Part shown: one piece after another, positions 35,562-48,129 of the stretch | How the letters are laid out: the number at the start of each line of letters is the position of its first letter | How positions within the stretch are numbered: position 1 is the stretch's first letter | Assembly: GCA_009602725.1 (NCBI GenBank) | Contig: WELB01000027.1 | Coordinates: forward strand, 59,683-112,279 | Source of the DNA: Spirogloea muscicola | Taxonomy: Eukaryota | DNA length: 52,597 bases | Reading direction: 5' to 3' | The notes under the pieces: generated by a model | The model's database searches: none | Told to the model about the DNA's origin: nothing | What the model saw: only the letters and a program-made list of their open reading frames with translations | Made by a program: the position numbers and the translations under genes

Positions 35562-37563
35562 TCAGCCGCGCTGCCCGTCAGGCAGCTCGCTCTCCTCATC
35601 CTGTAAGAAGCATGTAAGGTGGTGCCATCAGGCAATGCCTGGCCACTGCAAAGCACAGTGGGTTAACGGCGACACTGCGGAGCCATTGCAGGACGGCCGA
35701 GGTCACCGACCTCCTGCACGTCCTCCAGGCCCCGGTCCATGTCGATGATGCGCTGCAGCCTGCAGCAGCCCCATATCAGTGGCAAGCGCACCACTGGTGC
35801 TTCAGCCGCGTGGCAAGGCCTGTGCATGCATGAGTAGCGCAGACCTCTGCCGGCTGCGCGCCCGGGCCTCGGCAGCTTCAAGCGACAGCTCCTTTTCCAC
35901 CTGCATGGATTCAGGATTTAGAATAAGGTGCGCCTCAGGTCAGCTGGATAGCTAGGACAGAGGATGTGAAGAGGCGAGGTGCTGCTTGCCAAAGAGCTTG
36001 GCAAGAGCAGGCAATCCGTGGAGCACATACAAGCACTTCGCGCAGCTGTGCTGCGTAATCCCGGCGCCGTCGCAAGTCCTCAATGGCTCGCCAGGCCAGG
36101 GCCACCGCTGCCACCGCTGTGCCGCTCACTGCTGCGGCTGCCAGCCGCGGCCTCTGCCAGGCGAGCATGGCCCGCGTAGGCCCTCAGCGATCAGCAAACT
36201 GTGACTGCGAGCAGGCCGCACGGAAGTGGCAGCAGAAAGGAGAGCTGAGGCGTCTGCAGGAGGTGTCGGCACCTGGCCCACCGCTGGCGGCAGCCACCGG
36301 CGGCGCAGCTCTGCAGGCGCAACCTCCGCCACCTCTGCGTGCTGCCGCCGTATGCGGACAAGCTCCGCGTCCTAGCACACCAGACAGCGACACGCAGGCC
36401 AGCCGAGTCAGGCAAACCAAGTGGGGAGCTGGTGATTCCCTGCTGGGGTCCAGGCCCGAGGCTTCACAGGCTAGGTGTAAGGGTTTGGGTTTGGGTTTGG
36501 GGTCACATCTACCAAGCGCTATTTAAGGGTGCGACACGGTGCATAGGCAGGCGGCGGGCCCACCACGAGGTGCGCGTAGTGCGCGCGAGAGGTGGCATCG
36601 AAGGCGCCGGTGAAGGGCAGGCCGTGGTGCGACTGCCACGCCTGCAGCGCCGCCATGGTCTGCGCGCCAAAGTACCCCGTGCATCCATCCTGCGACTGGA
36701 AGAAGCCTGCAGAGCCCGGGCGCACGAGGACGAGGAGAGGAGGGGGGCCTCAGAGAAGAGGCCGGCCAGGGTGCAAGCGTGAAGGCGGTGCTGGAGACGG
36801 CGGGGTGACAGCTTCGCCGTGTGGGAAGCAGGGACTGCCGGAAGCGACATGGGCTTGGAGAGCGGAGCGTGTTGCCAAGAACCCAATGAAATCCTGGGCC
36901 CACAGCCCCAGACCTCGTCCACCGCTGTCCGTGATGAGCCCCACAGAGCGCTACAGCGCAGCTCCACACAGAACGACTAGACGTCGACCATATGAAGCGA
37001 GCAGCCGAGAGAGTGCATGGTACACTCGTCCGAAACAGAACCATCACATCTAGACCGTATGAAGCTTGTCGTCAAGGGCTTACATGGTACACTCTTTCGG
37101 ACGGAGGGGAGGAGGGAAAGGGAAGAGGGAGGGGGCGCGCGCACCCTGGTCCTGCAGGTACCGCTGCAGCTGCCGCACGGGCTCGCCGTCGTCGCCGTGC
37201 CGGAGCTCCCCGTCGCCCACGTCGTACGCGCGCTTCCCGCCGGACCGCGCGGCGCGCGCGCCGCGTCAGCCTTAACCAAAACCCTTAACCCCAAACACCT
37301 AATGCTAAGCCCTAAAACCCTAAGCCCAGCCCTAACCCTGAACTCTTAGTCCTAACCTAAGCCCTGAATCCTTAAACCCTGAATACTTAAGGGGCAGGGC
37401 GCCGCAAGGGCGCGCGCTCACCGCGCCGGCGCGGCGCAGGAGGCAGAGGTCGTCCTCGGCGAGCCGCGCCAGCGGCGGCGGCGGCNGCGGCCTGCGGCGG
37501 GGCCTGCGGCGTTGGCCCGGAGTGAAAGCCGTGCGGCGGCGGCGGCACGAGCGCGGCGCGCAT
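35562..37563 (-). CDS. peptidoglycan-binding (PG_binding_1-like) domain protein with putative transit peptide and one hydrophobic segment
   Basis: Spliced ELRHGDDGEPVRQLQRYLQDQG|FFQSQDGCTGYFGAQTMAALQAWQSHHGLPFTGAFDATSRAHY fits the LxxGxxGxxVxxLQxxL...GxFGxxTxxAxxxxQxxxGLxxTG pattern. Ala/Pro/Arg-rich N-terminus from ATG 37563; LAAAAVSGTAVAAVALAW segment; charged C-terminus. Exon ends outside the domain are tentative. Confidence 0.8.
37271..37385. repeat. degenerate telomere-like (CCCTAAA-type) tract in an intron
   Basis: AAACCCTTAACCCCAAACACCTAATGCTAAGCCCTAAAACCCTAAGCCCAGCCCTAACCCTGAA...TAAACCCTGAA. Confidence 0.7.
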
Positions 37564-37667
37564 GCCGGTCGGAGCTGCGGGGGCAGCTCGGGATGCTTCA
37601 GGGTTTGGGGTTTAAGGGCCTGGCTCTGCAACCCCTGCCTCCCCACCACTCTCGACGTGCCTCGTTC

Positions 37668-38985
37668 CGGGATAGTTTCGGGGATGGTTTCCCGGCAGCT
37701 AGTCTGTCGGATCTGAGGCTCCTCAATCGTCACTACTGAGTGATCCATCCTCCCCCTGTTCTGACATAGCATCTTCCGACCCCTTTGTAGCTGCTCCACG
37801 CTTGTAGGCCCCTCCGAACCTTTGTCAATTCCTTTTGGGCTGGCTTTTCGCAGCCCTTGCCCCCATTGGGAGTGCCAATTCTTGTTTCCCAGCTGCGAGT
37901 TACTCGGACTTGCTGCTTCTCACTCGTGGGTACTGAGCTTCCCTCGCTCTGTCTACGTGCTGACTCGTGAATGCTGAGCGGGTCAGCTTAGCAGCAGGTG
38001 ATGTGCATCTGTCAATGTGCCTGCCTTTGTACCTGGCCACTCAGGCCCTCCGTCACTCTATACACTCTCCATTCCTCCCCACCTCTGCTCGCGGACCCCA
38101 TGCTTTACTATACCCCTTACATGCTTTTCTGGCCCCTTCGAATTTTAGGAACTCTTTCATTCCGGGCTGGCCAATCACAGCCATCGCCCTCTGCTGGACC
38201 AGTTCTTCTTCTTCTATCAAAAGAAGGGGCTCCTCCAATGGAAGAAGTGGCACTCCAGATGGGGGCAAGGGCTGTGATAAGCCAGCCCAGAAAGAATTGA
38301 CAAGGGTTCGGAGGGGCCGACAGGCGTTTAGCAGCTACAGAGGGGCCTGAAGATGTCATGTCAGCACAGGGGGAGGATGGATCACTCAGTAATTACGAGT
38401 GAGGAGCCGCAGATCCGACAGACTAGCTGCCGGAAAACTATCCCCCTGCCGAAAGCCAGATGTCGCAGCGAGAGCACGGCCAGCACGCAGATGTAGAGCA
38501 TGGGCCATGGACCGCTGGAGGGACACTGACAATCTCATCCGGTATACCTGAGCCCACGAGCCAGCTGCGTTGAAGTCAGCCGGCTCGCCGCGCCTGCGGG
38601 ACACAGCACGGCGCGCAAGCCGGACCAGCAGGTCGAGCCACTGGGACCCGAGAAAGAGCTCGCCCATTGAGGATAGGGGCTGGAACAGAGCCCCGTGCAC
38701 GTCCACCGCCAAGGGGACGAACTCATCTGTAGGCTGGTGGTCGGAGTGCTTGGCCGCCTTGCTGCGAGCGGCCTTCGCCGCAGCATGCCCTGCCCGCGAG
38801 GCAGAGAGCCGCGGGTTGGAAGGCAATGGCACTCCAAATGGGGGCAAGGGCTGTGAAATGCCAGCCCGAAGAGAACTGACAAAGTTCGAAGGGGTCAGAA
38901 GCGCTATTTCAGAGCCGGTCAAGGACGAACCACTCAAAACCCACGAGTGTGGAGCCGCAGATCCGAAAGATTAGCTGCCGGGGGG
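37668..38985. mobile_element. nested RLE retrotransposon fragments: 37668-37885(+), 37960-38212(+), 38240-38815(-), 38822-38985(-)
   Basis: ORF 38386-38937(-) has KAAKHSDHQPTDEFVPLAVDVHGAL...YRMRLSVSLQRSMAHALHLRAGRALAA...LSDLRLLTRNY*. 37690-37880 and 38245-38435 are diverged inverted copies. Confidence 0.88.
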
Positions 38986-39409
38986 GAGAGAGAAGTGGCT
39001 CACCCAATGAGGAAAGCAAGCAAGCTAAAAGGATGCCATGCGGGCTATTAGTAAGTGGAGGCCATACAGCAAGTCCAGGCCGTCTCCTCGAGGCTAGTAG
39101 CAAGGCGACCAATGCAGGTAGCTATGGCGAAATTACTGACTGCCGACTGCTAGATGGGAATCACTCGAGGCAGGGTAGGGTCGGGCGAGAGGCACCAGCC
39201 TGGGGGGGCCTCATCAGAGCCAAAGCGTCGATCGATGCAGAAAGGCCACAACCCTGGCAGAGCAGCTGAGCTGCAGTAGCAGCAGCAGGAGCAGGAGCAG
39301 GAGGAGGAGCGCAGCAGCAAGCGCAGCGGCAGGAGCTGCAGCCGAGCAGCAGAAGCAGCAGGAAGGAAGCAGGAGAGGCAGCACTCACAGGAGCCAGCCC
39401 CAAGAAAAG

Positions 39410-40050
39410 GAAAATGCGTGTATATTAAGAGATGGGGAGGCCATGTGTGGCCAAGTACAAAGGCAAGCACGTTGGACAAATGTATGTCACCTGCTGCTAA
39501 GCTGACCCGCTCAGTAACCACGAGTCAGCACATAGAGGTCGCTAGCTGACGCTCGAATACCGGACGGCAATTGACTAGCTCTTGTGCCAGCAGCTAAGGC
39601 TCGACCAGCTTTCTGATGCAGAGCATACGCCTGAGCTCGTTGCAGACAGGTTGACACTCGACGTCGCAGAAATGACAGATAGGCTGCCGGCATACCCATC
39701 TGGGCTGGGAGCATTTCCTCGCGTCGTGCATATCCCAGACTCGCTATGTTCTCGAGTAGGGTATGGAAGCGAGGACCCAAGCAGCCGAAAGTGTCGATTG
39801 CGGCCGGGAGGAGGTGGTCACTGCGGGGGTAGTCTGAGTAGTGTCGGAGCTTTTTCTGCTCAGCACCTCCCACTGCGTGGCCAGCAATGTGTGTGGAAGC
39901 GGAACTCTTGTATGCCTCAGTCACCACCACATCAACCAAAGCTCGTGGGCCTCCGCCAGGTTGTACACCCACAATGTCCAGGGTGCGACGGTGATGGCCT
40001 CCCTAGGGAGTGCGCTCAGGTGACAGAGGGATCCCCGCCCGTGTGAAAGG
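39410..40050 (-). mobile_element. divergent subfamily of the RLE retrotransposon, 5'-truncated
   Basis: RRTLDIVG...ALVDVVVTE...EQKKLRHY...LLPAAIDTFGCLG...LRRRVSTCLQRAQAYALH...SDLYVLTRGY*, with a distinct 3' UTR starting CTGAGCGGGTCAGCTTAGCAGCAGGTG. Confidence 0.85.
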
Positions 40051-40371
40051 GACCCCGGAAGAGCTCCCGCCGGAGGAAGTTCCTCCCAGCCCTACGCCTC
40101 CGGCAGTATCAGGCGTCGGGGCGTTCAATTTAGGACGGCCAAGACGTCGGGGGAAGGAAGCTCCGACGTCTGGCGTCTGGCCGGGAGGGAAACTCGACGC
40201 GCCAGCTGGGTTGCCGTTGCCCCCCCCCCCTCCTCCCCCCTCCCAAGCTCGCTCGGCCTTGCCCGCTCCGCCGACGCCGCCACCGCCGCAGCCGCCGCCG
40301 CCGCCGCCGTGGCGCAAGCTTCCGGACGATGTGGGCGCCTGGCAGTGCAGGCGGCGTCAGCGGCGGCAGCG

Positions 40372-40408
<37 letters not shown>

Positions 40409-40577
40409 AGACGAGCTCGTCCCGCGGGCGTGGAGGCGCTGCGCTTGAGCGCTGGGAGAGCCGGCGGGTTGCGCTGCTGTCTGCGGCAAAGGTCCTGGCG
40501 AGGCTAGTGGCGTAGGAGGGGGCGCAAGCGGCGAGAGCCGCATGGAGTAGAGCTTCGCAGTGCGCGGGCGGCCCGCC

Positions 40578-43500
40578 ATGGACATGCGGCGCGTGCACAG
40601 CTCGCCGAGGATGTCCGGCGGCAAGCGGGTGCAGGCGGCCAAGCGGCGGGCGCCCGACGACTCGGGCAACGCCGTGCGCAAGCTGCTGCGGCGCGAGATC
40701 TCGCGCGCGGGCAACTGCGCGTTCAACCACAGCAACGCGCAGGAGAAATTCCGCAACGCCCACCTCCAGGTGCGGATTGCTCGCCTCCGGCTGGCACCCC
40801 TTGCGCTGCCGTCCCTCCCTCTGGCACAACAACGCCCCACAAGCCCTCTCGCTCTGTCACTCAAAACCCATGTCAAGCTCCATCACTTGGCCACTCAGGC
40901 CCTCCATCACTCGACACACACTCCAAAGCTAGTTCAAGCTCTTTCGCTCTGCCCACGTAACCCCTTTCCTTGTGTGTGCAGCCTCTTTTCCCCTCTCCCA
41001 CCTTCCTTGCCTCATTGTCTAGCACTCCTGTCCCACTATCCCAACCACACGCCAGAATGCACAGCAACGCTTTCCTACCCGCCTCTGAACATCAGCAGCA
41101 GCTTCTAGCTCTTGCCCAAACCCGTTTCTCTTGTCCTTCTGCACATGGGCTCCCTGCCTTTGCCCTGCAGCAGGTGATGTACAACCATAGGGGTGCTTGT
41201 CTTTTTACTCGGCTACTCAGGCCCCTCCATCACCCGATACACGTCTTGATGCCTCCACTGCTCAGTCCTAGACTCGACCTTGGTCCTATGACCTCACTCT
41301 CCCAGCCCCCTCTCTTCCCCAACATTCCCTCCTTACTTTCTCCATGCCTCTTTCTCAAACCCCGTCCGCCCCCTCACCATCTCCTCCCCTCCATCTCCTT
41401 GCCCTTGGTCCCGCCCTTGATAAGTTATTCTGTTCTTGCCCCTCCCTCTCCCCTCTTCTTGTCACAGGCTCACCTTGCATTTCCTCCTTCCCCCCGTCCA
41501 CGCGCCTTTCCTGCTTGCAGGAGGAGTTTGACACACATGACCCCAAGGCGCACCAGTTTGTGAAGCTGGCCTTCCTCAAGAAGCGGTCGCGCATTGTGGA
41601 GATTGTGGCGGCGCGCGATGTCATCTTTGCGCTCGCGCACTCTGGCGTTTGTGCTGCATTCAGCCGAGGTGCCAGGCCCGCCGCCGCAACTGGCCTGGCA
41701 TTGCTATGCTGACCGCCTCCTTCCCACATTGCCTGTCACCTTCCTTTGCTTTGCCCTCTGTCTTCTGCGCAAGGGCAGCTCCATGGAGTTCCTCCTCCCT
41801 CCTCCCTACTACTCACTCCTCCTCCAGTGCACCCCGTTCTCTGAAAAGCTCCAGCTGTCCCCCTCCCCACCCTCAACCCTCCTTTTCATACCATGCGCCC
41901 CTTGCTCTCCCCCACTGTCAAGGCCTTTTCTCCAGTCCGCCTAACTTGTTTGGTAACTGGCGCTGTTCATGTGCAGAGACAAACAAGCGCATCTGCTTTC
42001 TGAACATCCACGCGGACGAGGTGATCCGGTCGCTGTTCCACAACAAGAACAACGACTCACTCATCACCGTGTCGGTGTACGAGAGTGACAATTTCTCGTC
42101 ACTCAAGTGCCGGACAACGCCGATCGAGTACATTCGGCGTGGCCAGCCTGACGCCGGCTTCCCGCTGTTTGAGTCTGAGTCGCTGCGCTGGCCGGGCTTC
42201 GTTGAGTTTGATGACGTCAATGGCAAGGTTCTCACCTACTCCGCTGCTGAACGCATCTACAAGGTCTTTGACCTCAAAAACTACAACCTCCTCTACTCGG
42301 TCGCCAACAAAAATGTCCAGGAAATCAAGATAAGGTGAGGGGGCACTGCCGCTCGTTTGTTGGCTTTTCCTCTCGGTCGCCTTGCCGTGGTGAGAGTCTG
42401 GGAGAGAGGATGGGTCCATCACTAGCTCTGACTTGCAAACGTGGCAATCTAGATTTGTCGGTTGCTTATGCCACCAAGCTCTTGCTGGCGTGTGATGGTA
42501 CTATTGTGCAGCCCGGGCATCATGCTGCTCATCTTCAACCGGCAGCCGAGCCACGTGACGCTGACGATCCTGTCCATTGAGGACGGGACGGTGCTCAAGC
42601 GCTTCAACCATCTGCTGCACCGCAACAAGAAGGTGGACTTCATTGAGCAGTTCAATGAGAAGCTGCTTGTGAAGCAGGAAAACGAGAACCTCCAGATCCT
42701 CGACGTAAGTTGACTCGACTGTTGCCTGGGCGTTGCCACTGTTGTAGTTGGTCCCAATGTTACTGTGATTGAGCTTCAATGATCTGGACTAATCCAACGA
42801 TAGTTGGGCAACTGGCGCAGGTGCGGAACCTGCACCTGACGGAGGTGAGCGCGACCGAGTTCATGACACCGTCGGCTTTCATATTCCTCTACGAGAACCA
42901 GCTCTTCTTGACGTTCCGTAACCGCACGGTGGCCGTCTGGAACTTTCGTGGCGAGCTCGTCACGCAGTTCGAGGACCACCTACTTTGGTACCCCGACTGT
43001 AACACCAACAACATCTACATCACGTCCGAGCAGGACCTGATTTTCTCCTACTGCAAGGCCTCACCGCTTGCCTTTCCTGATGCCGCTGGCTGCGGTGAGC
43101 CCGCCACCTTCAGCAGCCGTCATGCTGCCGGCTCTAGCAATGTGCTGGTCACTGCTGCTGGCAGTGCAATGTACTTGTGCACTTGGGCATTGCCCGTCAC
43201 TGCTCACCTGGAGAAGTGCTTGAGATTCCAAGACTCAGCTGCTGAGGGTTTGCATATGTTGCTGGAGTTACAGTAGTATAGAAGCTAAAGGCAATAGACC
43301 CATGAGCTGTTCTGTGGAGACTGATACGCGCATTGGTGCTGGCGCATGGTTTGCTTGGCCAGGTTCGATCAACATAAGCAATATACTTACAGGTCGTTGC
43401 ATGGCAAAGATCCGGGCGGACGACAAGAGCGTGCGTATTGCGCCGCGGGCGTCAGCGAACTCATCAGTCATCCGCTCAAGCGTCGCCGAGGCGCTCGAAG

Positions 43501-43586
43501 ACGTGACCGCCCTCTTCTACGACGAGGAGCGCAATGAGATCTATACGGGCAACCGCAACGGCCTTGTGCATGTCTGGTCCAACTGA
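40578..43586 (+). CDS. conserved uncharacterised transducin/WD40-repeat-like protein, 6 exons
   Basis: Exons about 40578-40769, 41521-41668, 41977-42333, 42512-42704, 42821-43094, 43343-43586. KKRSRIVEIVAARDVIFALAHSGVCAAFSR|ETNKRICFLN...WPGFVEFDDVNGKVLTY...DVTALFYDEERNEIYTGNRNGLVHVWSN*, recalled as a conserved plant family. Confidence 0.88.
40885..41245 (+). mobile_element. two short intronic relics of the retroelement 3' UTR (40885-40925, 41167-41245)
   Basis: TTGGCCACTCAGGCCCTCCATCACTCGACACACACTCCA and CAGCAGGTGATGTAC...CTACTCAGGCCCCTCCATCAC match 37990-38070 and the reverse complement of 44395-44475. Confidence 0.7.
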
Positions 43587-44357
43587 GGCGGCTCTGCCGC
43601 CCCTTTCCTACCTCGCTGCGCTGCCCTGTGCCGCCGCTGGCCGCGCCGACTCGCCGCTGCCAATCGAGAAGCCATTGCCAGGCCCTCAAGCAGGTTCGGC
43701 AAGTGGCAGCAAACGAGCTCGTCAGGCGGTTGTGAGCCAGTGCTGCTTGTCGGTCTGAGCTGCGGGGACGATCTTCGCTCCAAGCAGCAGCCATGTTGCA
43801 CCGTGCGGCACACATGTCAACCTGAGCTGAGACGTGAGCCCCAACGTGACAACGACTGCCAAGGCGAGCATGCTGGATGCCAGAAGCTGGCATCGCTCCA
43901 AGAGCTTGCGAGCAAGTGCCGAAGCCCAAGCCTGCTCGACTGCCAGACGTGCAACATCCCCCTATGCCTAAGAGCCGGCCTGCGCAGCTCCTACCAAGCA
44001 GTGAGACTGCTTTCGTCGAGGAGCACCAAGAGTGCCGACGCAAGGGCAATGCTTAGGCCTAGTAGTTCTGCCTTGCATTATGCTGGCCTTTAGTCCATGA
44101 AATGATGCTCAGGACAGAAAGGATGAGGGCAAGAGTGGAGCTCAAGCTTTAGATCCAGAGTTGGGTGGGGTCCAAGGCCTTGCACCCTGATCCATGGCCC
44201 AGTTAGCTGAAAACCATTTAGCAGCTCCCTGCTTTGACTGAGTCTGGCTGGACATATTTTGACTCAAAGTCAATCAAGTCAGACCACTCGAGAGAAGTGC
44301 ATGATCACTGCAGCAGCTTGTGGCTCTAGTCGACTAAAGAAGAAGCACTTCCGTGTG

Positions 44358-44865
44358 AAGCAATGGCTGTGAAAGGCCAGCCCAAGGAAAGGAATGGAGT
44401 GTGTGTCGAGTGTCGGAGGGCCTGAGTGGCCAAGAACAAAGGCAAGTACAGTGACAGGTGTACATCACCTGCTGCTAAGCTGACCCGGTCAGTAAGCACG
44501 GGTCAGCAAGTAGAGGTCGCTCACTGATGCCGAATAGCAGACGGCAAATGACAAGCCCTTGCGTCACCAGCTAAAGCTCGACCAGCTATCTGGTGCGACG
44601 CATGAGCCTGAGCTCGCTGCAAACATGGCTGACAGACGACGTCGCAAGAACGACAACAGGCTGCCCTCAGCTGGAGCATGCCCAGCTTGATCCTGGGAGA
44701 TCAGAGATGGAGGCAAAGACCGGATGAGTTAGACGCTGCAGCGAGCCAGCTGGGTTCAAGTGCAGCTCTCCTCGCCCTCCTCACCGTCTCCTCTGCGCCA
44801 CTAGCCCTCACAGAAGAAAGTGCTCGCCCATTGAGAATAGGGGCTGGAACAACCAGCCCGAAAAA
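44358..44865 (-). mobile_element. truncated RLE retrotransposon copy (44358-44690) plus an isolated 3' terminus (44813-44865)
   Basis: CLQRAQAHASHQIAGRALA...SDLYLLTRAY* with a ~135-bp UTR ending GGGCTGGCCTTTCACAGCCATTGC; second piece AGAAGAAAGTGCTCGCCCATTGAGAATAGGGGCTGGAACAACCAGCCC. Confidence 0.82.
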
Positions 44866-45159
44866 CACAGAGCGCGGAGGTCGCCGCCAATCTATGGCAG
44901 CTTGCAGTGCATCCTGACAAACGGCAGGCTAGAGCCGCCTGCGCCGCTCCTGGCTGCACCTCGGAAGCCCAACAAGTGGCTCCGCGTACGTAGGCAGGTG
45001 GAGCAGACCTCACTACATCCCAGCCTTTCTGGGGCGGCCTTGACGGCGTCCGTCGACGTGGGCCTGGGAGTGGCTGCCGAGGCCGCGGAGGAGCCAGGTC
45101 TCTGGACTCTGGACGGCGGTCCTTGCGGCGGGGCCTGAGCAGCCGGACCAGGCAGCACC

Positions 45160-47455
45160 ATGATCAAGCGGCGCGACTACCGCTTGCTGCACGGCTCTGG
45201 TGGTGGCGGCGGCGAAGGCAGCGCCTCCGGCAGCTCCAGCTCGAGCTCCGACTCGAGCTCTGGCGCCGGAGCCGGCGGCGGCGACGAGCCCTGGCCAGGC
45301 GAGCACGCCGCCGATTGCGCCGGCGCCACGGTCTTGCTGCGGCGGGGCAGCCGGTTGCGCCCATGTCGTGCAGCTCCATGCCCGCCTGCGCTGTCCACCA
45401 ACCCATCAGAGCGCGCTCTATTCTGGGCCTGACTGTGGTGGGCCGTACGCAGCTTCGGAGCACGAGAGCGACGTGGAGTCGCCAGATGCAGATCACGCGA
45501 GCGCTCGCACAGGTATGTCATGGCGCTTGCCTGTCGCTTCTTTCACAATCAAGGAGGCCTGCCCTGTGACCAACCAGGAGCAGAATCTGTGGGGGCCCAA
45601 GTGGCTTGCAAGTTTGGCGCGCCACTCAGTAGTGCCAGCAACCATCTGTACAACTGGCTCTTGTGGGATTCGGGGGACAGTCTCACATGCTTCAGGTGGG
45701 CCCCATTATCGCAAAAGTGTTGAGTCGCTCACTCATGTTGTGTCTCAACCTTTGCGCAGTGGAGCCAAGGTCTGATGAAGGCGGCCGCAGGGGAGCCAGG
45801 GCAAGGAGAGGCAGAAGCGTCCGAGTTGATGAGAAGTCAGCCAGCGATATCATCAACGAGAGTGGAAGAGACGCAGCTGAGGAAGGCGACGAGGACGAAG
45901 ACGCAGACGAGTGCGAGGACATTGCACGGACGCCAGAGGATGAGGTGGAGGTGGAGGAGGAGGAGGAGGAGGAGGAGGAGGAGGGGGAGGAGGAGGAGGA
46001 GAAGGAGGAGGAGGAGGAGGTTGAGGAGGAGGAGGAGGAGGAGGAGCAGAGGCTGCTGCACGCACCGCCCTCCGCGCTCAAGCGACAGTGGGCGGAGGCT
46101 GTCCTGGAGGACGACGACGAGGGCAGCGATGTCTGCGGAAGTGACTCGGAGCTCGAGGCGCATATGGAGGAAGGCGGCCTCGTGCTCTGTGTCGGGCTGG
46201 CCGGCCGCGTCCTCAAGTGCCGCATCTGCCCCCAGGCCGTCTGCCTCTCTGAGAAGTCCATGGAAGCCCACCTGGCGTCCAAGGTGCCACACAGCTTCCA
46301 CTCTTGAAAGGGTCACATCCTTTGTCCCAAAACCTCAAACCCCTAGGCTCTGACTCATTCGTAAGTGCTCATTGTCATCTCAAAGCTCTGCACTATATTT
46401 TTAATCACAGACTGCGAGTAGTTGAATGCTAGCAAACTCTGTTTGCGATCTCATTCAGGGGTTTGAGAGATACTGTCAGACCTGCGTCTGTCGTCACTAC
46501 GGGCTGGCATTTAGAATGCGTGTCTTCTCCTCCTCAAGTCAGCTGGTTGAAGTCAATCAGCATAAACCCAGATGTTGGACCCTGGCGTGCGTGGACACAG
46601 GGCCACGCTCGATCACTGAAGAAATCCAGAGAAGGGCGGCTAGCGGTGATGCTCAACAGCGAAGGCGAGGAGGAGGAGGCCACTGAGACGCACACCGAGC
46701 GCCTCCAGCGACTATCACAGGCTGCAGCACCAGTGAGCATTGTTTCCTGCAGGCAGTGAGAAAATCGGGAGCTTGTTGGAATACAATTTATGATGGACAA
46801 TGGCAGAGGTCCTCACTAATTTGAGAAGTATTGAAGGGGACATTCATCAGATTGGTCTTCTGAAAGTGGCAAACAGAGGTGTTTTTAAGTGGCGGGTCTC
46901 ACGGAAGTAAGCCGGAAAAGCAGCTGCACGATGTCGAATAAGAACCGCACAAGAAGCTCACATCCACTGCGCTTGCTTTATGTCACTGTCAGATACAAGT
47001 GCGCAGTGACCGGAAGAGCCGAGGGCGGCAGCGGCAGCGCAAGCGCGCCAAGCTGAAGGTCGGTGACCGACATCCCTGGTGGCGGGTGGCAAGCATTGGC
47101 TGCATGCAAGCGCATGCACCTTGATAGATGTCTCAAGTTTCTGTCTGCCATTTGAGATGGCATGGCTGCTCCAGCTAAGTGTGCTCATCTGCAATGACAT
47201 GGTCTGCTCTCGCCTTGCAATGAGGAGCTCTGCCTTGAGCTTGTTGGATTTCAGGTAACGGCTGCTAAGGAGGGCACAACTTCTGCGGAAGCAACTCCCA
47301 CAGTACAGAGTACGCCACCGAGGAAAGATGCTGCATCGGCACGCCCAAGTGCTACCCGAGCTGCCGTTATGGCCGGTACCGTTGCTTCTGTTATGCTACC
47401 AGTGAAGCCCGCCACAAAGAAGCAAGGCAGAAAGTTGAGGAAAAGAACAGAATGA
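45160..47455 (+). CDS. acidic/Ser-rich protein with a C2H2-type zinc finger (conserved plant uncharacterised protein)
   Basis: MIKRRDYRLLHG start, poly-Glu tract, VLKCRICPQAVCLSEKSMEAHLASK|GHARSLKKSREGRLAVMLNSEGEEEEATETHTERL, basic RGRQRQRKRAKLK; probable last exon 47255-47455. Confidence 0.75.
45938..46046 (+). repeat. (GAG)n coding microsatellite, poly-Glu
   Basis: Long GAG run in frame within the zinc-finger gene. Confidence 0.9.
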
Positions 47456-48129
47456 ATTTAAGGAGCTTAACCGATAGGCATCATCCATACATGGAAAGAT
47501 TAGGCAAGCGACTGGGTTGTCGCTGAGCAGCCTGGCTTCAGCATTGGCCATGGCAAGGCTTGGCCTTCTGCCTACTAATGTCACCTTGCATGATCCAAAG
47601 AGATACTAAGCCGTGCATCATTGGACATCCTTCTCGGGCTGGTCACTCAGCCACCGTTCCTGGTGGAGGAGCCCCTTCTCTCCTCCATCCAAGCAGTCGT
47701 AAGGTACACAAAGGACCCGCATGTTGGTGCAGGTCCAACATGGGGGCAGGGTGTACAGGCAGCTCTGAGCCCTTTGGATCGCACATCTCCTATGTAATTT
47801 ACCTGTACATGTGTTCGATCACTTCCAGTCTGCATGATATCATGTCTGGGTGAGCCATCGCCATGCACACACTCTGCTCCTTGGAGCACCTTCTATGTAT
47901 AACATGGTCCCAGAGACCTCTGCATGCTGTATCTGATGGCACAGCGTCAAAGTGAAGAAATGGCCCAAGCAAAACCCTGCTCACAGTGAGCTGACTGCTA
48001 CAACATTATGTCCACGACGTAGGCAGAACCTGGGCTTCTTCTTGACTATCGGAACTTGCTCACAGTGAGGACTGCTGCCAAGAGCTTGTAGGTGACTCGG
48101 CGAGCTTGACAAGGGGCAGCCCATGCCTC

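Noticed and set aside
39262..39395. CAG/GAG-rich stretch as a coding exon
   Set aside because: Simple low-complexity repeat between element fragments, with no splice context or motif.
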